Source of the DNA: Armatimonadota bacterium
GTDB lineage: Bacteria > Sysuimicrobiota > Sysuimicrobiia > Sysuimicrobiales > Humicultoraceae
Direction: 5' to 3'
Assembly (NCBI GenBank): GCA_037443565.1
Contig: JBBIOB010000005.1
Location: 25,019-89,018 of the forward strand
Length of the DNA stretch: 64,000 bases
Shown: one piece after another, positions 48,085 to 57,773 of the stretch
How positions within the stretch are numbered: position 1 is the first letter of the stretch
Layout of the letters: the number at the start of each line of letters is the position of its first letter
Program-made: the position numbers and the translations under genes
The notes under the pieces: generated by a model
Database searches by the model: none
What the model saw: only the letters and a program-made list of their open reading frames with translations
Told to the model about the DNA's origin: nothing

Positions 48085-49866
48085 ATGACGAAGGGCGTCG
48101 TCCTGGGCTGGCTGGTGATCGTGGCGATCGCGCTGGCGCCGGCGGGTTTGGCCGCCGGGCCCGCCGAGTTCATGCCGCTCTCCGAGGTGCGCCCCGGCAT
48201 GCGCGGCGAGGCGCGCACGGTGGTGCGCGGCACGACGGTCGAGCGGTTCGACGTCGAGGTGCTGTCCGTCGTCCCTGGGTCGGGACCGGTCGGCGACCTC
48301 ATCCTCATCCGGGCGTCGGGACCGGTGATCCAGCGCACGGGCGGGATCGCAGCCGGCATGAGTGGGAGCCCGGTCTACCTCCAGGGGCGGCTTGCCGGCG
48401 CGATCGGTTTCGGATGGGCGTTCTCCGAACACTCGCTGGGCCTGGTGACGCCCATCGCCTACATGCTGCGGGCCCTGCCCGGTGCGCGCGCCGGAGCCGA
48501 CCGCGCAGTCGTGCACCAGGCGTCGGGCGACGACCGGATTCTGCCATCACCTGTGACTGTAGGAGGCCGGACGATCACCCGTGTGGCGATCGCGCCGAGC
48601 GCCGGTGCGGCTGCGACGACGGCGACGCGGACTCCCGGGGTCGCGGTGATGGTGCCGCTCGCAAGGCCCCTCCTGGTGTCCGGGATGAGCCCGCGGGTGC
48701 TGCAACTCCTCCGCGGTGAGCTCGATCCGCTCGGGCTGACCCTGGTCGAGGGCGCGGCTGGCGCGTCGACAGACGCGCGCCCCACGCTTGTTCCCGGCAG
48801 CGCGGTCGGCGTGCAGCTCATGCGGGGAGACCTGAACGCGGTGGCCATCGGAACGCTGACCTACCGGCAGGGTAACGCGATTGTCGCGTTCGGCCACCCG
48901 CTGCTCAACCGGGGATCGACGGGCTACCTGCTGACGCCGGCGGTGATCCACGAGGTCGTCAGGAGCACGGCGTTTCCATTCAAAGTGGGATCGGCCGGTG
49001 CGCCCGTCGGCATCGTGACCGAGGACCGGCGGGCCGCTATCGGCGGCCGGATCGGCGTGCTGCCGCCGCTGGTGGCGGTCCGCGTGAGCGTGACCGACCG
49101 TGACCGCGGGCGAACGGCCATGATGGGCACGCGCGTCATCAACGACCGGCAGCTGGGACCGCTGCTGGCGGTCGCGGCGGCGATGGAGGCCGTGGATCGC
49201 GTGCTCGACCGCATCGGCGAAGGCACGGCGCACGTCCGGCTGACGCTGCGGGCACGGGGTCTCGCCGGGCCCGTCGTGCGCGAGAACACGTTCTACCATG
49301 CCCGCGACATCGGCTCGGCCGGGCTGCTTGAACTGCCCGAAGCGCTGCGCCTGCTCTTCGCCAACGAGTTTGTCGAGACCGGGCCGGTGGACGTGCTCGT
49401 CGAGGCCGAGATCGAGCGGACCCGCCAGACAGCGAGCATCACCGAGGCCACCGTTGATACCCCCCGCGTCCGCCGCGGAGGGACCGTCGTGGTCGGTGCC
49501 ATCTTGCGGCCGTTCCAGGGTCCCGCGATCACGCGCACCATCGACGTGAGGGTTCCCGAGGGATTCCCCGCCGGCCCGGCGACGGTGCTCGTCAGGGCGG
49601 GCGGCCGGCCGATGCCGGAGCAGGGGCTCGCCGCGCTCCTGGCCGCCGAGCCGGTTGAATCCCCGGCGGCGTCCATGTCCGCGCAGCTGGCCGGCTTCAG
49701 CGAGCGCGACCGGAATACCGACCTGATTGTCGAACTGATTCCTGGTGCCGCCCGTATTCCGGGGGGATCAGGGGATCAGGCAGTGCAGACCGTCCGGGTC
49801 CGGACGGCGACCTCGTGGGTGGTCCGCGGCCGCACGCAGCTTGCCGTGACCGTGGATCCCCAGTAA
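48085..49866 (+). CDS. SpoIVB-like S55 peptidase 2
   Basis: Signal peptide; VRPGM.G...TV, GIAAGMSGSP and FGHP motifs. Confidence 0.88.
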   Translation: MTKGVVLGWLVIVAIALAPAGLAAGPAEFMPLSEVRPGMRGEARTVVRGTTVERFDVEVLSVVPGSGPVGDLILIRASGPVIQRTGGIAAGMSGSPVYLQGRLAGAIGFGWAFSEHSLGLVTPIAYMLRALPGARAGADRAVVHQASGDDRILPSPVTVGGRTITRVAIAPSAGAAATTATRTPGVAVMVPLARPLLVSGMSPRVLQLLRGELDPLGLTLVEGAAGASTDARPTLVPGSAVGVQLMRGDLNAVAIGTLTYRQGNAIVAFGHPLLNRGSTGYLLTPAVIHEVVRSTAFPFKVGSAGAPVGIVTEDRRAAIGGRIGVLPPLVAVRVSVTDRDRGRTAMMGTRVINDRQLGPLLAVAAAMEAVDRVLDRIGEGTAHVRLTLRARGLAGPVVRENTFYHARDIGSAGLLELPEALRLLFANEFVETGPVDVLVEAEIERTRQTASITEATVDTPRVRRGGTVVVGAILRPFQGPAITRTIDVRVPEGFPAGPATVLVRAGGRPMPEQGLAALLAAEPVESPAASMSAQLAGFSERDRNTDLIVELIPGAARIPGGSGDQAVQTVRVRTATSWVVRGRTQLAVTVDPQ

Positions 49867-49888
49867 CTGCTTGCAGGAGGAGCTCCTG

Positions 49889-52800
49889 GTGCGCGGACGC
49901 GCGGGCGCCGCGACGGCCCTCATCGCCGCCCTTATCGTGCTCCTGGCTGTCGCCGGTGCCGGCGTTTGGCTGGTCGGCGCGGCGGCGCAGCGGATGCGCG
50001 AGATGGCCACGGTGGCGCTGACCGCTGCGGTGCAGCGCGATGTGTCCATCGGAAGCGTCTCCGGCGACCCCTGGCGCGGACTGGTCTTCGAGGACGTGCG
50101 CCTCGCGCCCCGGCCGCCTGAGGATGCGGTGCCGATCCAGGCCCGCCGCATCACAGTCCACCTGGACCTTCGGGCGGCGGTCGCCGGTGTGTTGGGCCGG
50201 CGCGGAGTCGGCCCCAGCGTGGCGGCCAGCATCAGTCAGATCGTCGTGGACGATCCCGTGCTGCGCCTCATGCGCGACGAGGCAGGCGCGTGGAGCGTCG
50301 GCCGCCTCCTGCCTCCGCAACCCACCGGCGCGGCCCCGGCAGGATTCGCCGGACGGATCATCATCCTCAACGGGACGGTGCTCTTCACCGACCGGCATCA
50401 CGTGGCCCCGCGCGTCTTCGCAGCCCGGTTTGCGGACGTGAACGGGACCGCGGAGTTCTCTGCCGGTCGGCTGACCCTGCGCGCAGCGTTCGTGGAGGAG
50501 CGCGGAAACCAGCGCACGGCCGGGCGTGCGACCGGCGCCTATCTGCTCGACCGACAGCTCCTCGATCTCGATCTCGACATCTCGGGGGTCGATGCCGCGG
50601 CGTGGGGATCGTACCTGCTTGCCACCCCGACGTTCCGCATCACGGGCGGGGTGGCCGACGGGCAGGTGCACCTCCTGCGCGCGCCCACCGGATCCGCGGT
50701 CGACTTCTCAGGCCGTCTCGTGGTCCGCGACGGCGCCGCGTCGTTCCCCGGACGCCCGGCGTCCGTGTCGCGTGTGAGCGGTGAGATTCGGTTCAGCAAC
50801 CGCCTGATCAGCACTCCGGGTCTGCGCGGAGTGCTCAACGGGTCCTGGGTAGACGTTCGCGGGGAGGTGAGCTTCCACGGCGAGCCGCGGATGGACATCG
50901 CCGCCCGCTCAGGCGCGGCGAGCCTGAGCGCCCTGGGCCGGCTGTTCTTCCCGGCCCTCGTGCCGAGGTTGTCGGGGACGGTTCGGGGGGAGGTCCGGAT
51001 CACCGGGACGGCCAGCACGCCTCGGATTCAGGGCCGCATCGACCATGCCGCGGGGCAGTTCGACCGCCAGGACTTCGAGCAGGCCTCGGCCGACGTGGCG
51101 ATGTATGGCGGTCTGTTCAGCCTGACCGGCGGGCGCGGCCGCGTGGCAGGCGCTCGGATCGCCGGCGATGGCCTCTGGACGCTGGGGGAGCCGGACTACT
51201 TCCTGTCAGTTGATGTCCAGGGGGCGGAGGCATCCCTGGTCCGGCGATGGGTGCCGGCTGATGTGCCGGCCTTTGATGGACGCGTCAGCGGGACGCTGGT
51301 CGCGGCGCAGCGGCCGGCAGGACTCGGCGTCGCCGGTCACGCCTCGCTGGCCGGCGGCCGGGTGGGCGGCGCATCGCTGGAGTCGTTCGATGCCTCATTC
51401 CGGTACGATCCGTCGGGCCTGGCCGTGGATTACGTCCGGGTCCGGTCCGGTGACATGAAGGCGTCGGCGACCGGGCGCCTCGGATCGGACGGGCGGCTGC
51501 ACCTCGACATCCTGGCCAGGGTCCCCCGTGTGGACGCGCTGCCGCTGCCGCCCCGCCTCGGCGAGGTCAGCGGATGGGTCGATGTCGCCGGGCGCGTGTC
51601 CGGGACGATGGCCGCCCCCGAACTCCGCGGATTTGCCCAGGCCGGCGACGTCCGCGTGGCAGGGCTGTCCTTCAACTCGGCGTCCTCACCCTTCATCGCC
51701 CGGACAGACGGGGTCCGCCTCGACGGGGCGCGGGCCCGGTCGGGGTACGCGCGCTACGGGGCTTCCGGCGACATCGCCTGGGGGGGTGCCGGTCGGCTCG
51801 CGCTCGACCTCGACGCCGGGCGCGTGCCGATCGCGGACCTCTCCAGGCTCTCCGGCGCCGAGGTGTCTGCCACGGGCCTGTTGGATGCGCATGTCCGTCT
51901 CGAGGGGTCGTTGGCGAGTCCGTTGGCGGGCGGCTCGCTGGCCGCGCGCGATGCCGCGGCATTCGGTCAGGCGATTGACGAAGCCCGGGCCGCGTTCCAG
52001 TGGGACGGCCGCCGCCTGGTCATCGCCGGTGCCTCCGCGAGGCGTGACGATTCGGTGGTGCGTCTTGCCGGGACCTTCGACCGGGTGAGCGGGTTCAACC
52101 TCGATCTGCTGGCGCAGGACGTCGATGTGCGGGACCTCGCGCTGCCACCGATCGGCCCGACGCGCATCGACGGCCGCGTCGACGCGATCGGTCGGATCAC
52201 AGGTCCGCTGGCATCGCCCGCGGTCACGATCGAAGCCGCCTCGTCCAGCATGCGGATCAACTTCCTGCGGTTCGACCGCGTCGCGGGCGCCATGCGGTGG
52301 GAGGGTCGGACGCTCACGTTCGACCCGCTGGCGCTGCGCGTCAACGGTGAACAGTACGACCTCAGGGGGAGCGTCGTCCTTGGGGCTGATCCCACGCTGT
52401 CCCTGGTCTCCACGGTCGCGGACGGCCGGTTGTCGACGCTGCTGGGCCTGGCGGGCACGCGCCTCGGGATTCCCTTCGACGGGATCATCACCGGGACGGC
52501 ATCCCTCGACGGGCCCATCGCCAACCCACGCGCGCGGCTGGACCTCGCGCTGTCGTCGGGACGCCTGGGCACCATGCCGGCCTCCGGACGCGTCGACCTG
52601 TCCCTGGCTGAGGGCAGCGTCACGATCCAGGACCTGGAGTTCTCGATCGACCGGGGCCGGATCGCGGCCACGGGCCGGTACGACCTCGGCGGCACGAGTC
52701 AGATCGAGGTGAGCGGCGCAGAGCTGCCGGTCGATGTGCTGCGGCCCCTGCTGCGGCTGCGCCGTCCCCTGCTCGGCCGGATGGATTTCACCGTGCAGCT

Positions 52801-54280
52801 CGGCGGGACGCTCGCGGCCCCTGACCTCGGCCTCGATCTCGAGGTGACCAGAGGGGGGGTGGAAGGCGCCGTGTTTGACTCGCTCGTCGCGGCCGCCTTC
52901 TACCGCGAGGGTCTGTTGGAGCTCGTGCAGGGCTTGCTGGTCCAGGACGGCCACAAGCTGCGGGCATCCGGCACCATGCCGTTCAACCCCAAAGCGCTCC
53001 GCTTCGACGACCACGCGCCCCTCAACTTCCGCCTGACGCTCGCGGACGTCAACCTCGGCCTGCTCAGACTGTTCACCGACCGCATCGCTGAGGCCCGAGG
53101 CGCTGTGGAAGGCGCACTCACCCTTACCGGCACCGTTGAGGCGCCACGGCTGTCGGGCAGCCTGCGCGTCGACGATGGATCCATCCGCCTCCGGGACGTC
53201 CTCACGCCGATCGAGGCGATCGCGCTCGCCGTGCGCGTGGACGAGAACGCGGCGCGTATCACCGAGGGGTCGGCGCGCGCGGGCGGAGGCCAGGTTCGAC
53301 TCGAAGGCGCGATGCGGTTCAATCTGGCACCGGCGGCCGGGCCGTGGATCGACATCAGGCCGGAGACCCCGCTCGTCCTGCAGGCCTCGCCCATGCACGT
53401 TCAGGCGCCGCCGCTCCTGGACGCTCGGATTGAAGGGGCGCTGCGGGTGTGGGGGACGCTCGGCGACCGGGCTCGGCCCGCCACGCTGGAGGGCCGCATC
53501 GCGGTGTCCGAGGGCACGGTCGGAACGGCGGTCACCTTGCCGTCCGGGAACGGCGAGGCGAGGTTCCCCCTGGTCTTCCAGCGACTCTCGCTTGAGGTTG
53601 GTCGTGACCTTGCGGTCCGTGTTGGTGACGCCCGTGTCGTGCTTCAGCCGCAGGGGGTCCTGGTGCTGACGGGCACGCTCGCGGCTCCGCAACTCGAGGG
53701 TGCTCTCCAGGCACAGCGCGGCGCGATCGTGGCCCTGGGCAATACCTTCGACCTGCAGGAGGGTGTGGCGACCTTCAGGCCTGCGCTCGGTGTCCGACCG
53801 CAGGTCTCAGGGCGGGCGGTCACCCGTGTCGGCCGCAATGTCATCACCTTGGCCGTCCGCGGCGTGGCGCCCGACGCGCTCTCCCTGGACCTGGAGTCCG
53901 ATCCGCCGCTGCAGCAGTCCGAGATCGCGGTGCTGCTGGGCCAGCAGGCCGGCCTCACGCACCTGCTCACCGGCGACATCACCGCGCTGCTCCGCGCCGA
54001 GATCACGCGGCGCCTGTTCGCGCCGGTGACGCTGGCGATCGGCCGCGCGCTCGGCTTGAGTGAGCTGACCATCGAGTATGACTTCGAACAGCCCCTGCGC
54101 CTGCGAGCTGGCCGGCTGCTGCTGCGGGACCTGTACCTCACCGTGACGACGACGTTCGCCGAGATCCAGCAGTGGTGGTGGGCCCTGGAATATCGGTTTG
54201 CCCCCGGGTGGCAGCTCGCGCTCCAGCTCGATCCTCAAGGGCGCGCGCAGGCCATCATCTGGTACGCGACGCGGTTCTAA
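49889..54280 (+). CDS. tamB: TamB/AsmA-like translocation and assembly module protein
   Basis: About 1460 aa, N-terminal TM, repetitive beta-taco pattern (G.L..P...G), C-terminal L.SDPPL...EI..LL; upstream of bamA. Confidence 0.85.
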   Translation: MRGRAGAATALIAALIVLLAVAGAGVWLVGAAAQRMREMATVALTAAVQRDVSIGSVSGDPWRGLVFEDVRLAPRPPEDAVPIQARRITVHLDLRAAVAGVLGRRGVGPSVAASISQIVVDDPVLRLMRDEAGAWSVGRLLPPQPTGAAPAGFAGRIIILNGTVLFTDRHHVAPRVFAARFADVNGTAEFSAGRLTLRAAFVEERGNQRTAGRATGAYLLDRQLLDLDLDISGVDAAAWGSYLLATPTFRITGGVADGQVHLLRAPTGSAVDFSGRLVVRDGAASFPGRPASVSRVSGEIRFSNRLISTPGLRGVLNGSWVDVRGEVSFHGEPRMDIAARSGAASLSALGRLFFPALVPRLSGTVRGEVRITGTASTPRIQGRIDHAAGQFDRQDFEQASADVAMYGGLFSLTGGRGRVAGARIAGDGLWTLGEPDYFLSVDVQGAEASLVRRWVPADVPAFDGRVSGTLVAAQRPAGLGVAGHASLAGGRVGGASLESFDASFRYDPSGLAVDYVRVRSGDMKASATGRLGSDGRLHLDILARVPRVDALPLPPRLGEVSGWVDVAGRVSGTMAAPELRGFAQAGDVRVAGLSFNSASSPFIARTDGVRLDGARARSGYARYGASGDIAWGGAGRLALDLDAGRVPIADLSRLSGAEVSATGLLDAHVRLEGSLASPLAGGSLAARDAAAFGQAIDEARAAFQWDGRRLVIAGASARRDDSVVRLAGTFDRVSGFNLDLLAQDVDVRDLALPPIGPTRIDGRVDAIGRITGPLASPAVTIEAASSSMRINFLRFDRVAGAMRWEGRTLTFDPLALRVNGEQYDLRGSVVLGADPTLSLVSTVADGRLSTLLGLAGTRLGIPFDGIITGTASLDGPIANPRARLDLALSSGRLGTMPASGRVDLSLAEGSVTIQDLEFSIDRGRIAATGRYDLGGTSQIEVSGAELPVDVLRPLLRLRRPLLGRMDFTVQLGGTLAAPDLGLDLEVTRGGVEGAVFDSLVAAAFYREGLLELVQGLLVQDGHKLRASGTMPFNPKALRFDDHAPLNFRLTLADVNLGLLRLFTDRIAEARGAVEGALTLTGTVEAPRLSGSLRVDDGSIRLRDVLTPIEAIALAVRVDENAARITEGSARAGGGQVRLEGAMRFNLAPAAGPWIDIRPETPLVLQASPMHVQAPPLLDARIEGALRVWGTLGDRARPATLEGRIAVSEGTVGTAVTLPSGNGEARFPLVFQRLSLEVGRDLAVRVGDARVVLQPQGVLVLTGTLAAPQLEGALQAQRGAIVALGNTFDLQEGVATFRPALGVRPQVSGRAVTRVGRNVITLAVRGVAPDALSLDLESDPPLQQSEIAVLLGQQAGLTHLLTGDITALLRAEITRRLFAPVTLAIGRALGLSELTIEYDFEQPLRLRAGRLLLRDLYLTVTTTFAEIQQWWWALEYRFAPGWQLALQLDPQGRAQAIIWYATRF

Positions 54281-54413
54281 CGCGGGGGCACCCGTGTGCG
54301 CCCGCGGCCTTGGGGCTGTGCGGTAACCGCTTGATAGGACTTGGAGTGCGTAGACCGAATTCTATATGGATAGGGCCGGTATCCCGCCGTATCCCGCCGG
54401 AGGGTCCAGCGGC

Positions 54414-55064
54414 ATGTTCGACGACTACGTCCGCGAACTGCAGAGGGTTGCACTGCTCGAGCCGGCCCAGGAAGCCGCGCTGTGGTATGGCTACCGCCAC
54501 GGTGGCGACACGGGGTGCCGTCAGCGGCTCATTGAAGCCTATCAACCGCTCGTCTTCAAGATCGTCATGGGGCTGCGGCCGCCCGCCCCGCTCCTCATGG
54601 ATCTCATCCAAGAAGGCGCGGTCGGGCTCATCGAGTCCGTGGAGCGCTTCGATCCCGGTCGGGGGGTCCGGTTCTCTACCTTTGCCTCGTACCGCATTCG
54701 CGGTCGGGTGCTCAACGCACTCGATCGGGTGCGGGCCGATCTCTCGCTCGATCAGGTGCTGGCATCCCTCGATGAGCAGGCCCTGCTGCACTCGTTTACC
54801 GATCCGGCGGCCGCCAGGGTGCTGGCAGGGGTCGAGGACCGTGCCGTGGTCGAGCACGTGCTGGCCACGATCGAACAGTTGCCCCCCCGCGAGCGGACGG
54901 TGCTCCGCGCCATCGTCGGCGCACAACCCCCGCGCCGCGTCGCCAGTGAACTCCGCATCAGCTTGTCGCACTTCTACCGGTTGCAGAAGCAGGCGACGGC
55001 GCACCTCCGAGCGTTGTTGGGTCTCGATGAGATGCACCGGCCGGAACGCGCGTCCGGATACTAG
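54414..55064 (+). CDS. sigma-70 family alternative sigma factor (regions 1.2, 2 and 4)
   Basis: DLIQEG.VGLI..VERFDP.RGVRFSTFA..RIRG and C-terminal LP.RER..L HTH. Confidence 0.88.
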   Translation: MFDDYVRELQRVALLEPAQEAALWYGYRHGGDTGCRQRLIEAYQPLVFKIVMGLRPPAPLLMDLIQEGAVGLIESVERFDPGRGVRFSTFASYRIRGRVLNALDRVRADLSLDQVLASLDEQALLHSFTDPAAARVLAGVEDRAVVEHVLATIEQLPPRERTVLRAIVGAQPPRRVASELRISLSHFYRLQKQATAHLRALLGLDEMHRPERASGY

Positions 55065-55099
55065 AACTAGAACTAGGGATACGGGTGGAGGAGGAAGCC

Positions 55100-55765
55100 A
55101 TGGACGAGCGTAGCGCGAGCCTGACCGAGCGGATCGCTCTCGCTGAGGGCTGGCTGGACCGGGCCCGCTGCCAGATCCGAGACGGGCAGGTGGTCCGCGG
55201 CGCGCTGACAATGCTGCTGGCCGAGGCCGAGCTGCAATGCGCGCGGGATTCCGGACTGGCGCGCGCTGTCGCGGCGCGCAGGTCGCCCGGCCGCCCCTGG
55301 ACCACCTGGACAGCGATCGCGGCCCTCGTTCTTGCGGCTGCCACCGCGCTGGCCATCTCGCTGGCGAACGTCGATCCCGGGGTGGCGGGAGAGGGTCTGA
55401 TCTCAACGACCCCGATTGTGACCTTGTCCGCCGGCTCAGGCGAGATCCTCCGGCTGGTCGTTGTGCCCGAGCCCGTCGTGGAGCCGACCGTCGTCGAGCG
55501 GATGGTCGTCACGTCCAGAATCGTGCGAGTTTCTGTTCCTGTGCCGGCTCCAACCAGCCCCGAGCCACCGCGCGAGATGACCGGCCCGCCACCGGCGACC
55601 GTGCCCGTCCAGGTTCTGCCGGCCACAGCACCGCCGGTGCAGGCTCCGGCTGCGCCGCACGTCGTTGCCGCGGCCCCCGCCGCGCCGGTCTTGCTCACGG
55701 AGGCCGAGGTCGTCGATATGGTGCTGGCGGCGGAGCGCTCGCTTCGCCGGACGGGCAATCAATAG
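55100..55765 (+). CDS. hypothetical single-pass membrane protein with Pro-rich periplasmic region
   Basis: Strong SD; helical N-terminus (L.L.LAEAE), one TM, P/A/V-rich linker and terminal helix. Confidence 0.7.
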   Translation: MDERSASLTERIALAEGWLDRARCQIRDGQVVRGALTMLLAEAELQCARDSGLARAVAARRSPGRPWTTWTAIAALVLAAATALAISLANVDPGVAGEGLISTTPIVTLSAGSGEILRLVVVPEPVVEPTVVERMVVTSRIVRVSVPVPAPTSPEPPREMTGPPPATVPVQVLPATAPPVQAPAAPHVVAAAPAAPVLLTEAEVVDMVLAAERSLRRTGNQ

Positions 55766-55809
55766 CGCCGCCACTTCGGGCGGTCTCTCTGTAACGAAGG
55801 AGGAAGCGA

Positions 55810-57711
55810 GTGCCGCATTGTGTTCACGCGCGCCCAAGGCTGATCGCCTGCGTGGTCGCGCTCATCCTCTCCATGACATCCGTTTCGGCACCCGCCGCCT
55901 GGGCGCAGACGCCCACGCCGGGTCCGGGCCAGACGCCGGCGCCTGTGCCCTCACCCACGCCGGCCCCTTCACCGGTCCCGACACCGTTGCCTGTGCCGGC
56001 TCCCTCGCCGACTCCTGGGCCGCCTCCCACGATCGTGGAGGTCGTGGTGCGCGGGCTTGAGCGTGTGCCCGAGTCGGTGGTCCTGGACTCGGTCGGGGTC
56101 CGGGCGGGCGAACTGCTGTCGGAGGAGCGTCTTCGCGCCGACATCGCGGCGATCATCGGCACCGGGTGGTTCGCCGATGCGAATGTGCGGCTCGAGCCGT
56201 TGCGCGAGGGGGTTCGGGTCAGCTTCCTGGTCGTCGAGAACCCCGTGATCGATCAGATTGTGGTCGAGGGCAATGCCACCATCCCGACGGCGGAGGTCCT
56301 GCAGGCTCTCAACGTCCCGACCGGTCAGGTGCTCAACATCATCCGCCTGCGCGATGGGGCCCGGGCCGTCGAGAAGCTCTACGAGGACCGGGGATACGTG
56401 CTGGCACGGGTGGCGGACATCGGTGTCGTCGCCAACGATGTCACGCGCCTCCGGGTGCGGGTGTCCGAAGGCCGCGTCGAAGCCATCGAGTACAAGGGTC
56501 TGACCAAGACCCGGCCCTTCGTGCTGGCGCGGGGCCGCCGGGTCCAGGTCGGCCAACCGCTCAACATCAATCTGCTCAACCAGGACCTCCAGGCGCTGGT
56601 CAACCTTGATCTGTTCGAAAACGTGCAGGCCCGGCCCGTGCCCGGATCCGCGCCTGACGCCGTGATCATCGAGATCGAGGTGCGGGAGCAGCGCACCCAG
56701 TCGGCGCGGTTCGGGTTGGGATACAGCGACCGGACGGGCCTCGTGGGACTGATTGAGTACTCTGAGAAGAACTGGAGGGGTCGTCACCAGACCATCGCGG
56801 TCCGGTTCGAGCGGGGGCTGACTGACCGCGGCCCGGCGTCGGTGAGCGAGGCGCCTGCGACGAACTTCCAGTTGAGCTTCCGCGAGCCGTATCTCGACGC
56901 GCGCCGGACGGCCCTCGACCTGGTCCTCTATCAGACCACGACCACAGAGGCCGAGTACACGTCCGGCGGCGTTTCCTCGCGATTCACCCTTGAACGCCTG
57001 GGCAGCGCCATCTCGCTTTCCCGGCCGATCGATGCCGCGACGCAGGTGAGCCTCCGCCTGCGGTCGGAGCGGGCCCTGTTTACGCCGCTCCCGCTCGATC
57101 CCACCACGCCCCCATGTGACGTAGACCCGGACGACCCACTCTGTCCCAAGCCTCCGCCCAGCTTCCTCTCTCCCGGGAGGACGGTGGCGCTGGCGCTCAA
57201 CGCCGTCAGGGACCGGCGCGACAGCGCCACGGCGCCGACACGCGGCGACCGCCTGTCGCTCACCAACGAACTCGGTCTGAACGTCCTGGGCAGCGACTTC
57301 GGATTCGGGAAGCACGTGGTGGAGTACGCGCGATACTTCCAGGCAGGGGACGGCGTCATCGTCGGCCGAGGGCTCGTGGGGTTCAGCTACGGGACGCTGC
57401 CCTTGCAGGAGCAGTTCGTGATGGGTGGGCCGACAACGCTCCGGGGATACCCTACCGCCCGGCTGCGCGGCACGAGCGCGGCCATCTTCAACGTTGAGTA
57501 CCGCGTGCCGCTGGGCTTCATCATGCGGCAGCTTCGTGACTTCACGGGGATCGCCTATGTCGACGTGGGCGCGGCGCCGATCTCGACGAGCGTGCTCTTC
57601 GGCTATGGGCTCGGCGTGTCCGTTAACACGGTTGTCGGAGCGATTCGGATCGACTACGCGATAGGTTCGGAGGGGCCGCAGACCTGGCTAACCATCGGCC
57701 AACCGTTCTAG
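55810..57711 (+). CDS. bamA: BamA/Omp85 family protein with about 3 POTRA domains
   Basis: Signal peptide, PT-rich linker, POTRA repeats, E.N.RG, GG..TLRGY and C-terminal IGQPF. Confidence 0.9.
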   Translation: MPHCVHARPRLIACVVALILSMTSVSAPAAWAQTPTPGPGQTPAPVPSPTPAPSPVPTPLPVPAPSPTPGPPPTIVEVVVRGLERVPESVVLDSVGVRAGELLSEERLRADIAAIIGTGWFADANVRLEPLREGVRVSFLVVENPVIDQIVVEGNATIPTAEVLQALNVPTGQVLNIIRLRDGARAVEKLYEDRGYVLARVADIGVVANDVTRLRVRVSEGRVEAIEYKGLTKTRPFVLARGRRVQVGQPLNINLLNQDLQALVNLDLFENVQARPVPGSAPDAVIIEIEVREQRTQSARFGLGYSDRTGLVGLIEYSEKNWRGRHQTIAVRFERGLTDRGPASVSEAPATNFQLSFREPYLDARRTALDLVLYQTTTTEAEYTSGGVSSRFTLERLGSAISLSRPIDAATQVSLRLRSERALFTPLPLDPTTPPCDVDPDDPLCPKPPPSFLSPGRTVALALNAVRDRRDSATAPTRGDRLSLTNELGLNVLGSDFGFGKHVVEYARYFQAGDGVIVGRGLVGFSYGTLPLQEQFVMGGPTTLRGYPTARLRGTSAAIFNVEYRVPLGFIMRQLRDFTGIAYVDVGAAPISTSVLFGYGLGVSVNTVVGAIRIDYAIGSEGPQTWLTIGQPF

Positions 57712-57773
57712 CCCGGCCTGTCCGGGCCCGTCAGGCCCTGCGCGTCTGCTGGGGCCTGCTTGCGGCCGCCGTC

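Noticed and set aside
46250-49866. Evidence of endospore formation from SpoIVB homologs
   Set aside because: Long secreted S55 forms in an OM cluster, with no other sporulation genes in the window
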